In this document: piece by piece, positions 18,246 through 27,657 of the stretch | How the letters are laid out: the number at the start of each line of letters is the position of its first letter | Position numbering within the stretch: position 1 is the first letter of the stretch | From: a virus | Virus record (IMG/VR): IMGVR_UViG_3300032893_000029 | Coordinates: 9,636 to 73,635 of that record | Length of the DNA: 64,000 bases | Reading direction: 5' to 3' (one strand) | Translations under genes and position numbers: made by a program | The notes under the pieces: generated by a model | Seen by the model: the letters and a program-made list of their open reading frames with translations, nothing else | Database searches by the model: none | Told to the model about the DNA's origin: nothing

Positions 18246-19357
18246 ATGAAACTCGGACTGTTCTATGTCGACAACAACCGCCGGTGCCGCGAGGCCAGAT
18301 ATCCGGGATATCGACGTATGCCGATTTCTGGCTATGAGGAATCGGTCAGCTTCCCGACGTGCAATGCCGACTTCGAAGTCACGGCGACCGGGATTTTCTT
18401 CATCGACGACGCCGGGAATGTCATGCGGTCCGCAGAGCTCGTGCCGACTATCCGAATCCAGAAATGCGTCACGCCGGTAATCATCACTGTCTGCAACTAT
18501 GGGAAGAGGGTCGGGTGATGCCGGGCTATCGCGCGGAATTTCCTGATGGTGTCCAGCGGCGCATCCGGAGGAGCAAACGGGTCTTCACCCATGCCTGGCG
18601 CGTCAAGGGTCTCTTCGGCGCCGAAAAGAAAAACATCGCGGAGTACGGCTTTGCCGGTTCGCGGTTTCTTGCTGAAGCCGCGGCGCACACCGTCGCCTCA
18701 CGTTTCGCCAAGTACGGCAACGGCGATTATTCCGACATCGATCCGATATCCGATATCGTTACCGAGATCGTCACCGTGGTCGAAACCGATGGCTAAGGTC
18801 GATCCCTGTTATTCGGTTCAGTGTCCGGCGTGCGGGGCGCCGAAACATCATCGCTGCAAAAGCGCGAACGGGAAAAAGACTGCCGATCCGCATATCGATC
18901 GCCGGCGCGATTTCCAGAACGGCACAACAACACCGCCGCGGGTTCCGTGGTCGGCACCGGATGTCGCGACGACGCGCATGAAGTCGCCGCTGCTCGAGCT
19001 CATCAAGGATCGTAATCGCGCCATCATCGAAAATCTCGCCAAAGGACTTTCCGTCACGCTGATGTTCGGCGCCGTCCCGCTGACGACGTTCTATCCCGAT
19101 GGTCGCGTCGAGCATCACGAGGATATGTTCTGATGACGGACAGGAGCATTCATCCGAGGGCGGTGTCCTGGCAGCGCGACGGCGATACCGGCTATTCGTC
19201 GTCGGTCGGTGTTGTCTGGCGCGGGCCGGACAATCGCTGGTACGCGCAACCGGGTTCGAACATGCTTGAAGAAGACTTCTCGAACTGGCGAGCCGCAGCG
19301 CGTGCATGTGAGGAATGGCACGGGCGGCGCAGCAAGGCAACGGAACGTCTCCGCTAG
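18246..19357 (+). CDS. Run of small coupled ORFs (18246-18518, 18518-18796, 18789-19133 Zn-finger, 19133-19357)
   Basis: Overlapping stop/start codons; CPACGA...C......H..R in 18789-19133. Confidence 0.55.
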
Positions 19358-19381
19358 ACCCGCTACGGCCTTATCCCCAGC

Positions 19382-19401
19382 AATGTTTCACGTGAAACAT
19401 T
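19382..19401. promoter_or_regulatory. parS: parS site
   Basis: Perfect palindrome AATGTTTCACGTGAAACATT containing the chromosomal parS consensus. Confidence 0.85.
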
Positions 19402-19470
19402 CATGCTTGGAGGCCGAAAAGTGATTTATAAACGGTCGCTTACTAGGCCGAAAATCAAGCAAAAATAGTG

Positions 19471-19548
19471 CTTTACAGCCCCGGGCTTGGTGCCTGAACC
19501 TCTTCCCATCAAGACCGGTCGCAGCCGGTCGCGCATCAGGAGGACAAA
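19471..19548 (+). promoter_or_regulatory. Early promoter + leader hairpin, copy 1
   Basis: CTTTACAG-N12-TGCCTGA-N9-CATCAA, GACCGG-TCGCAG-CCGGTC, AGGAGG. Confidence 0.8.
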
Positions 19549-19716
19549 ATGCCGGTATCCGAAAAGACAGTCCGCGTCCCGGTCGGCGGAAACGACACCG
19601 ACGAGCTCGAGAAGCTGGTCGACGAGATTCTTTCCCGTCCGGAAAACGCGGACTACGAATTGGTCGACATATCGTCCGACGATGCAGTGACCGAGCTCAC
19701 GCTTCGGCACATCTGA
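19549..19716 (+). CDS. 55-aa acidic protein (not in ORF track)
   Basis: AGGAGG RBS; MPVSEKTVRVPVGGNDTDELEKLVDEILSRPENADYELVDISSDDAVTELTLRHI. Confidence 0.7.
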   Translation: MPVSEKTVRVPVGGNDTDELEKLVDEILSRPENADYELVDISSDDAVTELTLRHI

Positions 19717-19739
19717 AACGACAAACGGAGGCGGATTCA

Positions 19740-20168
19740 ATGGCTCGGCTCAAATCAAACGGCGAAGTCGTCGGCACGATCGAAGGGATTCACGGTTCGA
19801 AGCGCTATATGTCGAACCGCGTCATCCTGAAGAACACCGGACACGGTTGGAAAAAATACGGCCGGTTGTCACCCGACATCGATCCGCGCACGGCGTTCGC
19901 CGAAGCGGTCGCAAAACAGAACAAGATGCTGGAACAGCGTCCGGCATACGCCGCATTCCGCAACGCGATTCATCGGGCCTGCGGTCTCTCGAAACGCTGG
20001 AGGCTCTATTCGGCAATCCAGTTGATGCCCGACGACGCCGACGGCGTCTGGTCGGAGGCCTGCGACGGATACGACGCGGTCCACCTCGATCTGGACGAAG
20101 TCGTCGAGCTCTGCCGGCTCTACAAGGCAGCTATGAAAGAGAATTCCGAAGTCGACGCCGCGGCGTGA
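19740..20168 (+). CDS. Hypothetical early protein
   Basis: GGAGG RBS; contains PDDADGVWSE motif. Confidence 0.7.
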   Translation: MARLKSNGEVVGTIEGIHGSKRYMSNRVILKNTGHGWKKYGRLSPDIDPRTAFAEAVAKQNKMLEQRPAYAAFRNAIHRACGLSKRWRLYSAIQLMPDDADGVWSEACDGYDAVHLDLDEVVELCRLYKAAMKENSEVDAAA

Positions 20169-20245
20169 CTTTACAGGGGCCCGCTGGGTGCCTGACCATC
20201 ACGACATCAAGAGCGTTCGCAGCGCTCGCACTTAGGAGGACAGCA
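20169..20245 (+). promoter_or_regulatory. Early promoter + leader hairpin, copy 2
   Basis: CTTTACAG-N12-TGCCTGA-N9-CATCAA, GAGCG-TTCGCAG-CGCTC, TTAGGAGG. Confidence 0.8.
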
Positions 20246-20476
20246 ATGCTTAAGATCGAATTCAATACCCGCGAATATGAATTCTCGCACGGCCACAAGC
20301 CGCGCGGGCGCGGATCATGGGCGTTCTTTCCCAATCGCAAGACGCTCATCGAGCAAGCGATGTGGACGCCGTCGATGACCTACGGCGAGGCCAAGCGCTG
20401 GATCGCCGCCAAGCTCCGTTCGGCACATTGTCCCGATACGGATCACGACAGCATCGAACTCTTTGTCGGGAGCTAG
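20246..20476 (+). CDS. Hypothetical early protein
   Basis: AGGAGG RBS; Y.FSHG.KPRG.GSWAF motif. Confidence 0.7.
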   Translation: MLKIEFNTREYEFSHGHKPRGRGSWAFFPNRKTLIEQAMWTPSMTYGEAKRWIAAKLRSAHCPDTDHDSIELFVGS

Positions 20477-20480
20477 ACCG

Positions 20481-22025
20481 ATGGCCCGCATCAATGAGAG
20501 TGCGACCTACGTCGGCACGATCGAGTGGCTCGAGAGCGGCAACCGTGTCGCGCTGTACTTCGGCGAAAACCGCAACACCGGCGAGGCGATTGTCTGGCAG
20601 AGCCTTCTAGGACGTTCCGGCAATCCCGGCGCCGATCGCCGCAGTGGCCCCGGTATCAGTCGACACACCGGCCGCAACATCACGAAGCTGCTCGCCGAAC
20701 TCAATCGGTATCTTAACGGCGGCGAACTCGTGTGGGCCGATCGCAGCGACAAGGTGTTCGACGCGCTGCTTCGGCGCGTCGATTTCGTCGCCACGAAAGA
20801 CGAAGCGATCGAGCTGCGCGGCAAGCTTCTCTCGGAACGCGTCGACGCGTTGCGCCAGCTCCGATTCGAGGCGTGCAAGCGATCCGGTGTCGGCCTCTAC
20901 ATTGAAAAGCTGGATGCTAGGATCAAGGCGCTCGACGAAGCCATCGCGGAGTTCGGGCCATGACCGACGACAGACTCGACCTCAACGATCTGCGCCGCGC
21001 CCATGCCCGCGAAAAGCTTCGTGTGCAGAGACAGCGCGAACGCGACAGGCGTGCCCGGGAACAGCGTGAACACCGCAACCGCAAACAGTACAACCGGTTT
21101 CTCCGTCAGCACGGCGAAGCCTGAAAGGAACAGCCATGATCACGAAAACCAATGCCAGCGCCTACGTCCGCCCGCTTGAGAACTGGCGAGCGGTTTGGGA
21201 CAAGGTCCGGCCGTCTTCTGCCGCAGAGCTCGGCAAACATATTCTCGGTGATGTCACCGGGTATCGATCTCCGACCCATCAAGACGACGACGCCGAACAA
21301 GTCGGCCGCGCCGTCATCGCCTACCAACAACCGCTTGTAGATCTGCTCAGCGAGGCGGAAAGCTTCATCGCCGGATTTGAGGGCGACACGACGCAGAAAG
21401 GTGTCGACGATCTGCTCGACCGCCTCCGCAACGCGATCCTGAGGGCGACGGTGTCATGACCACGATCGAATTCGAACGCGTCATCCGCGACTGCAAGGCC
21501 AATGACCGCTGCAACGATCCGCGCTTCCTGATCGCCGATTATGATGTCGTCATCGACGGTACGGTTCGGGCGACGTTTTCCAGGAATGCCGGCTCCAAGG
21601 GCTACCGGCTCTATGCGCCGGACGGTTTCCCGATCACGGCGGAACCGATGAAGTGGAACGAGGACCCGAACTGGCGAATCGTTTCGGCGGAAACCAAGAG
21701 CGAATTCGGCTCCATCCTCGCCGAACTTCTGCTGGCGCAACGCATCCCGACGCCGGCGGATGTCGAACAGCGGATCGCCGGCGAAGCCCGGGCGCGTGAA
21801 ATCGCGATCGAGCTCCATGTTGAGGCCGGTCGGGAACGGGTCGTGAAGAAGCACGCGATGGAACTTTATCGGCACATGATTGATGACCGCCGGGTCAACG
21901 GTGCCGCAGCGGTTGCCGTCGGGCCGCTCCTAGCGAAGATCGACGCGGAGCTCGCCGAACACGAAGCCTGGGTCAGAGAAGCCTGCGAAACCGGCGCGAT
22001 CAGCATCTGGAGTCTGCCGTCATGA
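20481..22025 (+). CDS. Early hypothetical ORFs (20481-20963, 21136-21459, 21456-22025)
   Basis: RBSs and overlaps; phage-like codon usage. Confidence 0.6.
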
Positions 22026-22639
22026 AAAATCGATTCCCACGCGAATTCTACATCCCCGCCGGCAGCGTCAAAGTTGCCGACAAGAACTCGACCGCGGTCG
22101 CATATCTGTACGACACGAAGAGCAGCAAGCCCGGCGCGGTCTGTTTCGCCGGGAAGGCTGACAAGCCGGCGGCGAAGTTCTATTTCAACGGACCGAAACA
22201 GCGGGAGCAGTTCGTGAAAAACTTTTTCGAGCGCCAGCGCGCGATCGAGGCCAACCGTGTTGCTGCTAGGCAGAACCGGAAGGCCTTCGTGCATTCCGTT
22301 CAGGTCGGCGACATCTACAGGACGTGCTGGGGCTACGACCAGACCAATGTGGAATTCTTCGAAGTCGTCGAAGTGAATGGCAAATACGCCCTGCTTCGCG
22401 AGATCGCCGCGGAATCGATCAGCAACGGCCACGGCCAAGACACGCTGATGCCGCTATCCGGCGCCTTCCTGACGCCGCGATATAAGGGCGACGATCGCGG
22501 CCTGCCGATCCGGCGGCTGATACAGCCTCACGGGATCAAGATCGATGATGTCCGCACGGCACGGGCATGGGGCAAGCGCGTCGCCGGCGTCGTCATCGGA
22601 CAACCGGCAACGGCAACATCTTCGGGATGGGGGCACTGA
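22022..22639 (+). CDS. Conserved phage/MGE protein
   Basis: VGDIY...WGYDQTNVEFFEVV motif. Confidence 0.65.
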   Translation: MKNRFPREFYIPAGSVKVADKNSTAVAYLYDTKSSKPGAVCFAGKADKPAAKFYFNGPKQREQFVKNFFERQRAIEANRVAARQNRKAFVHSVQVGDIYRTCWGYDQTNVEFFEVVEVNGKYALLREIAAESISNGHGQDTLMPLSGAFLTPRYKGDDRGLPIRRLIQPHGIKIDDVRTARAWGKRVAGVVIGQPATATSSGWGH

Positions 22640-22721
22640 TGACCAAGGCGCTGTGGTTGCTGCTTCTCGGAAGCTGTTCGCTGTGGGCGCTTGTCATCGG
22701 CGCCGCCTGGCTGGTGTCGCC

Positions 22722-23573
22722 ATGATATCTGACGCGAAAGGCACCGAACTGATCAAGCGCGCCAGCATTGACGAGTTGATCGGCCATCGAAACCGTGCGC
22801 TCGAGCTCTACAAGACGGCGTTCGACATGATCGTGTCCGGCAACGAGGCGTTTTCCAGGGCGGTGCCATCGAAGATCGGATACGCCCATATCGGCCGCGA
22901 GGAAGTCGACCGTCTTAACTTCATCAGCGAACCCTATGTCGAGCGGACCCGTGACGACTTCGTCGAGCGGTGCCGCAAGCACATCGATCGGATGTTGTGG
23001 GAGCATCTTCTGCTCGCCACCGGGATCGGCGATGTCATGGACGCCGCGCAAAAGGAACAGTTCCGCAAGCAGGTCAGCGATAACCCGCCGGTCTGTTCCG
23101 CGGAAACCTGCGCGGCGACCTGTCTGACGCTCGCCGGCAGGGCGCCGGAGCTCTTCGACCGCTCCGTTATCACGGTGTTCGAAAGTCTATGCCGCCGGCG
23201 CTACAAGTCGCATGATGGCTGGGAAATCGGGCCAAGGATCATCATGACCTATACGGTGTCGTTCTGGTCCGGTTCGTTTTCCTGGTCCTACAGTTCCTAT
23301 GCCAACGGCCGCGACAGGGTCCGCGATATGGATCGCATCTTCCACATCCTCGACGGCAAGACACCGCCGGGACAGGAAGCCGATTGCACCAATCTAGTCG
23401 CGCAGGCGATGACGGACCGGAATCAGAAACAGTTCTCGACGCCGTATTTCCGGTTCCGCTGGTTCGAAAACGGCAACCTTCATGTCTACATTCTCCGCGA
23501 CGATCTGCGGGAGAAGGCGAACCGCATCGTGGCGCGTCACCACGAAAACACTCTCGCCGATACGAGGATCTGA
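22722..23573 (+). CDS. DUF4942-like protein
   Basis: V..VFE.L...YKSH....IG.RII; DMDRIFH.LDGK; YF..RWF.NGN.H. Confidence 0.65.
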   Translation: MISDAKGTELIKRASIDELIGHRNRALELYKTAFDMIVSGNEAFSRAVPSKIGYAHIGREEVDRLNFISEPYVERTRDDFVERCRKHIDRMLWEHLLLATGIGDVMDAAQKEQFRKQVSDNPPVCSAETCAATCLTLAGRAPELFDRSVITVFESLCRRRYKSHDGWEIGPRIIMTYTVSFWSGSFSWSYSSYANGRDRVRDMDRIFHILDGKTPPGQEADCTNLVAQAMTDRNQKQFSTPYFRFRWFENGNLHVYILRDDLREKANRIVARHHENTLADTRI

Positions 23574-23812
23574 TCGATGACAACCACTGAGGACAAAAAG
23601 AACGGAGAATTTGTTATGGAAACTTTTGTCGATGTTGACGGATCGACGCGCTGCAAAGCATGTGCTCTCCACCCGGATGAATGCACTTGCCGTCCAGATC
23701 ATCCAATCCGCCGGATTGTGAATACCGCGTTTGAGCGCGAAGCCGCGATGCAGAAGTTCTTACGCGTCTGCGGTCGAAACGTATTCGTTGGCTCTGACTA
23801 GAAAATTAACCG

Positions 23813-24265
23813 ATGACGAAATTCGAAACTCCGGCGTTGCAACGAGCCTACGATGTCGCGGTCAAAGCGTTCCACGATAAGCAAAGCTATCTCTATGCTG
23901 ACGGGAAGCCATTGCGCGGATCATCGGACCGTCACTCATTCTGGAATGGATTCAACGGTCATCCGCCGCGGCACGCGAAAACGTCGATTGCTTACGCGAC
24001 ATGGGCGGCTGGCCGCGACATGCGCGAGCAAGCACGACGCCCGACTGACCAGGACGTGCTCGAGCTCTTGACGGCCGCGGAAAACGGCCTTGCATCGATG
24101 ATGACCGAGCTATCCATGATCCTCGAAAGTCACTGCAAGCTTGACCGGAACTACAAGCCGCGACGCGCCACGCTCGATCCTGGTGTCAAACGGTTTGTCG
24201 AGACGCTTGAAGAAAAAATCTCGCAGGCGCGTAAAGCGATCGCGAACTGCAGGAAACCATCTTGA
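23813..24265 (+). CDS. Hypothetical protein
   Basis: 150-aa ORF in early operon. Confidence 0.55.
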   Translation: MTKFETPALQRAYDVAVKAFHDKQSYLYADGKPLRGSSDRHSFWNGFNGHPPRHAKTSIAYATWAAGRDMREQARRPTDQDVLELLTAAENGLASMMTELSMILESHCKLDRNYKPRRATLDPGVKRFVETLEEKISQARKAIANCRKPS

Positions 24266-24375
24266 CGCGCCCGCCGGCGATCGTCTCGGTCCTGATGCGC
24301 GGGATATTCATCGGCGGGTTTCTCGCGGTGCTGCTATGGGCATTTTGCCTTCTGCCGCCTCGTCGGATGGGTCTA

Positions 24376-24490
24376 GGCCGGGCCCCCGGGCGGGACCCTT
24401 CGCAGGGGCCCCGCCAGACCTAACCAGGGCGCTTAGGAGACGGTGGGAACCATCAATCCCTAGTCAGGCCTCCCCTTTCGGGGCCCGGCC
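24376..24490 (-). ncRNA. Candidate trans-acting antisense sRNA
   Basis: CCCC-GAAA-GGGG; 14-bp arm with 3 G-U pairs; 10-bp hairpin with loop CTGCGAA; GCTATAC -10 at 24492-24498 on minus strand. Confidence 0.65.
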
Positions 24491-24575
24491 CGTATAGCAC
24501 GAATCAGGGCCCGGAAAAGACCCCGCCGCCGGTCAAAAATGGCGGAATTCCGGGGAAAAAATCGTCCGGTGGTGG

Positions 24576-24649
24576 CTTTACAGCTCCGGGCTGACTGCCT
24601 GAAACTCGAATCATCAAAGGGGATCGCAGTCCCCCGCTAGGAGTCCGAA
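24576..24649 (+). promoter_or_regulatory. Early promoter + leader hairpin, copy 3
   Basis: CTTTACAG-N12-TGCCTGA-N9-CATCAA, GGGGA-TCGCAG-TCCCC, CTAGGAG. Confidence 0.8.
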
Positions 24650-25270
24650 ATGACCTACGACGAAAACCCCTACGGAAACCTTTCCGATGTCGAGCTCGTC
24701 GAATTCGTGCTCGGCCCCAAGGCCAAGGAAGGCATCGCGGAAACGCTGGTCCAGTCCTTCGGCAATTTTCAGGAAGTTGTCGCGGCGACTCCGGTCCGTC
24801 TTTCCGAACACGGGCTTTCCGACCATGCCGTTACGCGGCTGAAGAAATTCCACACCGCGGCGACGCGGATGCACGCCCTTAAGGTTCTCAATCGGCCAGC
24901 GATGTCGAGTTGGGCGGATGTCACCGAATATCTCACGGTGAAGATCGCCAGACTGGAGCACGAGGAATTTCATGTGCTGTTTGTCGACCGCAAAAACAAC
25001 CTGATCGCCGACGAAAGGATGAGCCGCGGCACGATCGACCACGCCCCGGTGTATCCGCGCGAAGTGGTGAAGCGGGCGCTCGAACTCAATGCCGCCAGCA
25101 TCATCCTCTCGCACAATCACCCCAGCGGCGACCCGACACCCAGCCGCGCCGATATCGACATCACGCGAAAGATCGTCGACGCCTGCAAGGCCATCGACAT
25201 CCGGGTGCTCGATCACGTCATTGTTGGCCGCAATGGCACGGCCAGCATGAAGGCCTTAGGGCTGATCTGA
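24650..25270 (+). CDS. radC: RadC family JAB/MPN protein
   Basis: EEFHVLF, GTID..PVYPREV, HNHPSGDP.PS.AD, LDHVIVG. Confidence 0.9.
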   Translation: MTYDENPYGNLSDVELVEFVLGPKAKEGIAETLVQSFGNFQEVVAATPVRLSEHGLSDHAVTRLKKFHTAATRMHALKVLNRPAMSSWADVTEYLTVKIARLEHEEFHVLFVDRKNNLIADERMSRGTIDHAPVYPREVVKRALELNAASIILSHNHPSGDPTPSRADIDITRKIVDACKAIDIRVLDHVIVGRNGTASMKALGLI

Positions 25271-25292
25271 AAATCAAAGGAGAGACCGGACC

Positions 25293-25701
25293 ATGCGTTA
25301 CGGACAAAAAAACGGCGACGGCCCGACAGCCGGCAAAAAGGCAACCGTCTATGAAATCGCCATGCCGGACGGGTCGATCGTGAAGAAGCGGGTATTCCGA
25401 GACGATATGGGCGACACGCTTATAGCCACGGCTCTCCGGCACAACGGCAAAATCTTGGCCGTTGTCTGGCCGGGAGTTCCGGAATGGGAAGGCGACTTTG
25501 GGCAGCTTGTCGCGAGGAAGGTCTGACATGAAAAAGCTCACCAGAGCCCATCAAAAAATCCTGTCGCAAGCGCTCGACATCGCGGTGTCGATCTGGTCGA
25601 GCAACGCGACGTGCCCGACATTTCCGAAGCCGGTCCGGCAGGCCTATCGTCGCCGCGTCGATAATGTTGCCGCGCTTCGGAAGAAACTCGACTTTCACTG
25701 A
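25293..25701 (+). CDS. Two small ORFs (25293-25526; 25528-25701)
   Basis: AGGAG/GGAAGG RBSs. Confidence 0.45.
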
Positions 25702-25713
25702 AGGAGATATTGT

Positions 25714-26247
25714 ATGGGGACTAAACGCGAAATTATTCCATTCTCGCCGCTTCCCGGCAAAGAGTGGCGCGCCATCGAGGAATGGATGGGATACGAAGTT
25801 AGCAATTTTGGCCGGGTTCGGCGCGTATCTCTGATGGTCGCGCGACCAAATTCAGATGGCTATCCAATGGTTCATCTCAGTTTCGGCAAACGAGGCAAAG
25901 CCAGACTTCGGGCAGTGCATATATTGGTGACGCAGGCGTTTCACGGTCCACGGCCATCGCCACGGCATACCGCATCGCATGAAGACGGCGTCAGAAGCAA
26001 TTGTCGTTCAGACAATCTCTTATGGGAAACACACTCGGAAAATCTGGCTCGCCGAAGGGACCACGGGACACATATTGTCGGTGAGCGCAACGGCACGGCC
26101 AAGCTCACCACCAACCAGGTATTGGAAATTCGAGCGAAACGCGCAGCCGGGCCGCGCGGAATAGTCAAAGCCCTAGCGCTAGAATACGGCATGTCGGAGT
26201 CAACAATCAGCCGTATCTGTCTTCGGCAAGGATGGTCTCATGTCTAA
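25714..26247 (+). CDS. NUMOD4-HNH homing endonuclease
   Basis: EWR.I....GYEVSNFGRVR; VH.LV..AF; H.DG...N....NL.W. Confidence 0.85.
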   Translation: MGTKREIIPFSPLPGKEWRAIEEWMGYEVSNFGRVRRVSLMVARPNSDGYPMVHLSFGKRGKARLRAVHILVTQAFHGPRPSPRHTASHEDGVRSNCRSDNLLWETHSENLARRRDHGTHIVGERNGTAKLTTNQVLEIRAKRAAGPRGIVKALALEYGMSESTISRICLRQGWSHV

Positions 26248-27139
26248 AATTCGAGTGGACCGTATCAAACCCGATCCGGGCCAGCCTAGAAAACTCTTTG
26301 ATCTTGCGGACCTTCAAGAGCTCGCCGCGTCGATCAAAGCCAACGGATTGCTGCAGCCGATCCTGGTCCGGCCGGCAGAGAAAAAAGGCGAGTTCTACAT
26401 CGTCGCCGGCGAGCGGCGCTGGCGCGCCCAAAAGCTGCTGATCGACGCCGGCGAGAAGGGCTTCACCCAAATCGAATGCTCGCTCGCCGGACTGCCGGGC
26501 AAGCCGATGAAGGAAGTCACCCTCCGGGTGAAGCAGATCGTCGAGAACGTCGTCCGTGCCGACATGACGCCCCTCGAGGAAGCCCACGCCTTCCAGAACC
26601 TGCTCGAGCTCGGTCTTGATGAGCAGAAAGCGGCGAGCCACATCGGCATTCCGCTGAGCAAGTTCCAGCGCAGTGTGTCACTGCTCCGGCTCGAGCCGCA
26701 GATTGCGAAGCTGCTCGCGGCGAAACAGATCGATGTCCCGCAGGCCTATCAGCTTGCCAGGCTCCCCCGCCACGAAGACCAGATGCAGATCCTTCGCCTG
26801 CTGAACCGCGGCGAGCTCGGCAAGTGGAAATCCTTCGAAGCCGCGATCGATGCGAAGCTTGAAGGCGTCACCCAGGAAGATTTCTTCGGACCCGGTGCGC
26901 CGGCGGCAACCGAAAAGGAAGTCGCCGAACTCAACGCGATGGAGCAGAAGATCGAGCGGGTTGCCGGGCTTCTGTCGGCCGGCTGGTCCAAGGGCGCCTG
27001 TATCGTCGCCAACAAGGTCTCCCCCGATCGCGCCCGACACATGGCCGACAGGCTCGCCGCGATCCGGCTTACCGTCCGCACGATGGAAGCAGAATTGCGA
27101 GCTATTAACGCTCAAGCGAAAATTGCCCTGGAGACATGA
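26240..27139 (+). CDS. ParB/Spo0J-like protein
   Basis: P.QPRK.F, ELA.SIK.NGLLQPI.VR, AGERRWRA, EN..R.D..P.EEA. Confidence 0.85.
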   Translation: MSKIRVDRIKPDPGQPRKLFDLADLQELAASIKANGLLQPILVRPAEKKGEFYIVAGERRWRAQKLLIDAGEKGFTQIECSLAGLPGKPMKEVTLRVKQIVENVVRADMTPLEEAHAFQNLLELGLDEQKAASHIGIPLSKFQRSVSLLRLEPQIAKLLAAKQIDVPQAYQLARLPRHEDQMQILRLLNRGELGKWKSFEAAIDAKLEGVTQEDFFGPGAPAATEKEVAELNAMEQKIERVAGLLSAGWSKGACIVANKVSPDRARHMADRLAAIRLTVRTMEAELRAINAQAKIALET

Positions 27140-27631
27140 GTGCTCACGAAAGCGGTCGTTAGGAGGCTTTTCGATTACAACCCTGTCACCGGTTCGCTCA
27201 CCTGGCGCATCAGCCCCGCCAACAGAGTGAAAGTCGGAGACGAGGCCGGGACGGTTAGTTGTGGATACCGAAGAGTCCGGATCAAGAATAAGCCATATCT
27301 CGCGCACATCATCATCTGGATCTGGATGAAGGGCAGGCTACCGAAACGAAAAATCGACCATCGCGACGGAAATGGTTCGAACAACAAATGGTCGAATCTT
27401 CGGATGGCAACATCTACAGAAAACCAGCGGAACACAAAGCTTAGAAAAGATAATTCCTCAGGCGTCAAAGGTGTTTCATTTCATAAACGATACGGGAAGT
27501 GGGCGGCCTACATCACCATCAACAAAAAGACGATCACAATAGGCTTTTTCGACAGCGTCGAAGCAGCGGCAGAAGCAAGACGCAATGCCGCGCTGAAACA
27601 CTTTGGCGAGTTCGCTCGCGAAGTGGCATGA
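27140..27631 (+). CDS. HNH-AP2 homing endonuclease
   Basis: IDHRDGN..NN.W.NLR; NSSGVKGV; AP2-like G.F...E.AA.AR. Confidence 0.85.
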   Translation: MLTKAVVRRLFDYNPVTGSLTWRISPANRVKVGDEAGTVSCGYRRVRIKNKPYLAHIIIWIWMKGRLPKRKIDHRDGNGSNNKWSNLRMATSTENQRNTKLRKDNSSGVKGVSFHKRYGKWAAYITINKKTITIGFFDSVEAAAEARRNAALKHFGEFAREVA

Positions 27632-27657
27632 TTCACAATCAGTTATAGGAGAATTAA

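Noticed and set aside
24389-24445. Plus-strand reading as a fifth leader (TTCGCAG hairpin, TTAGGAG, GTG)
   Set aside because: Helices contain A-C mismatches on plus but G-U pairs on minus, and the GTG opens only a very short frame; kept as a less likely alternative
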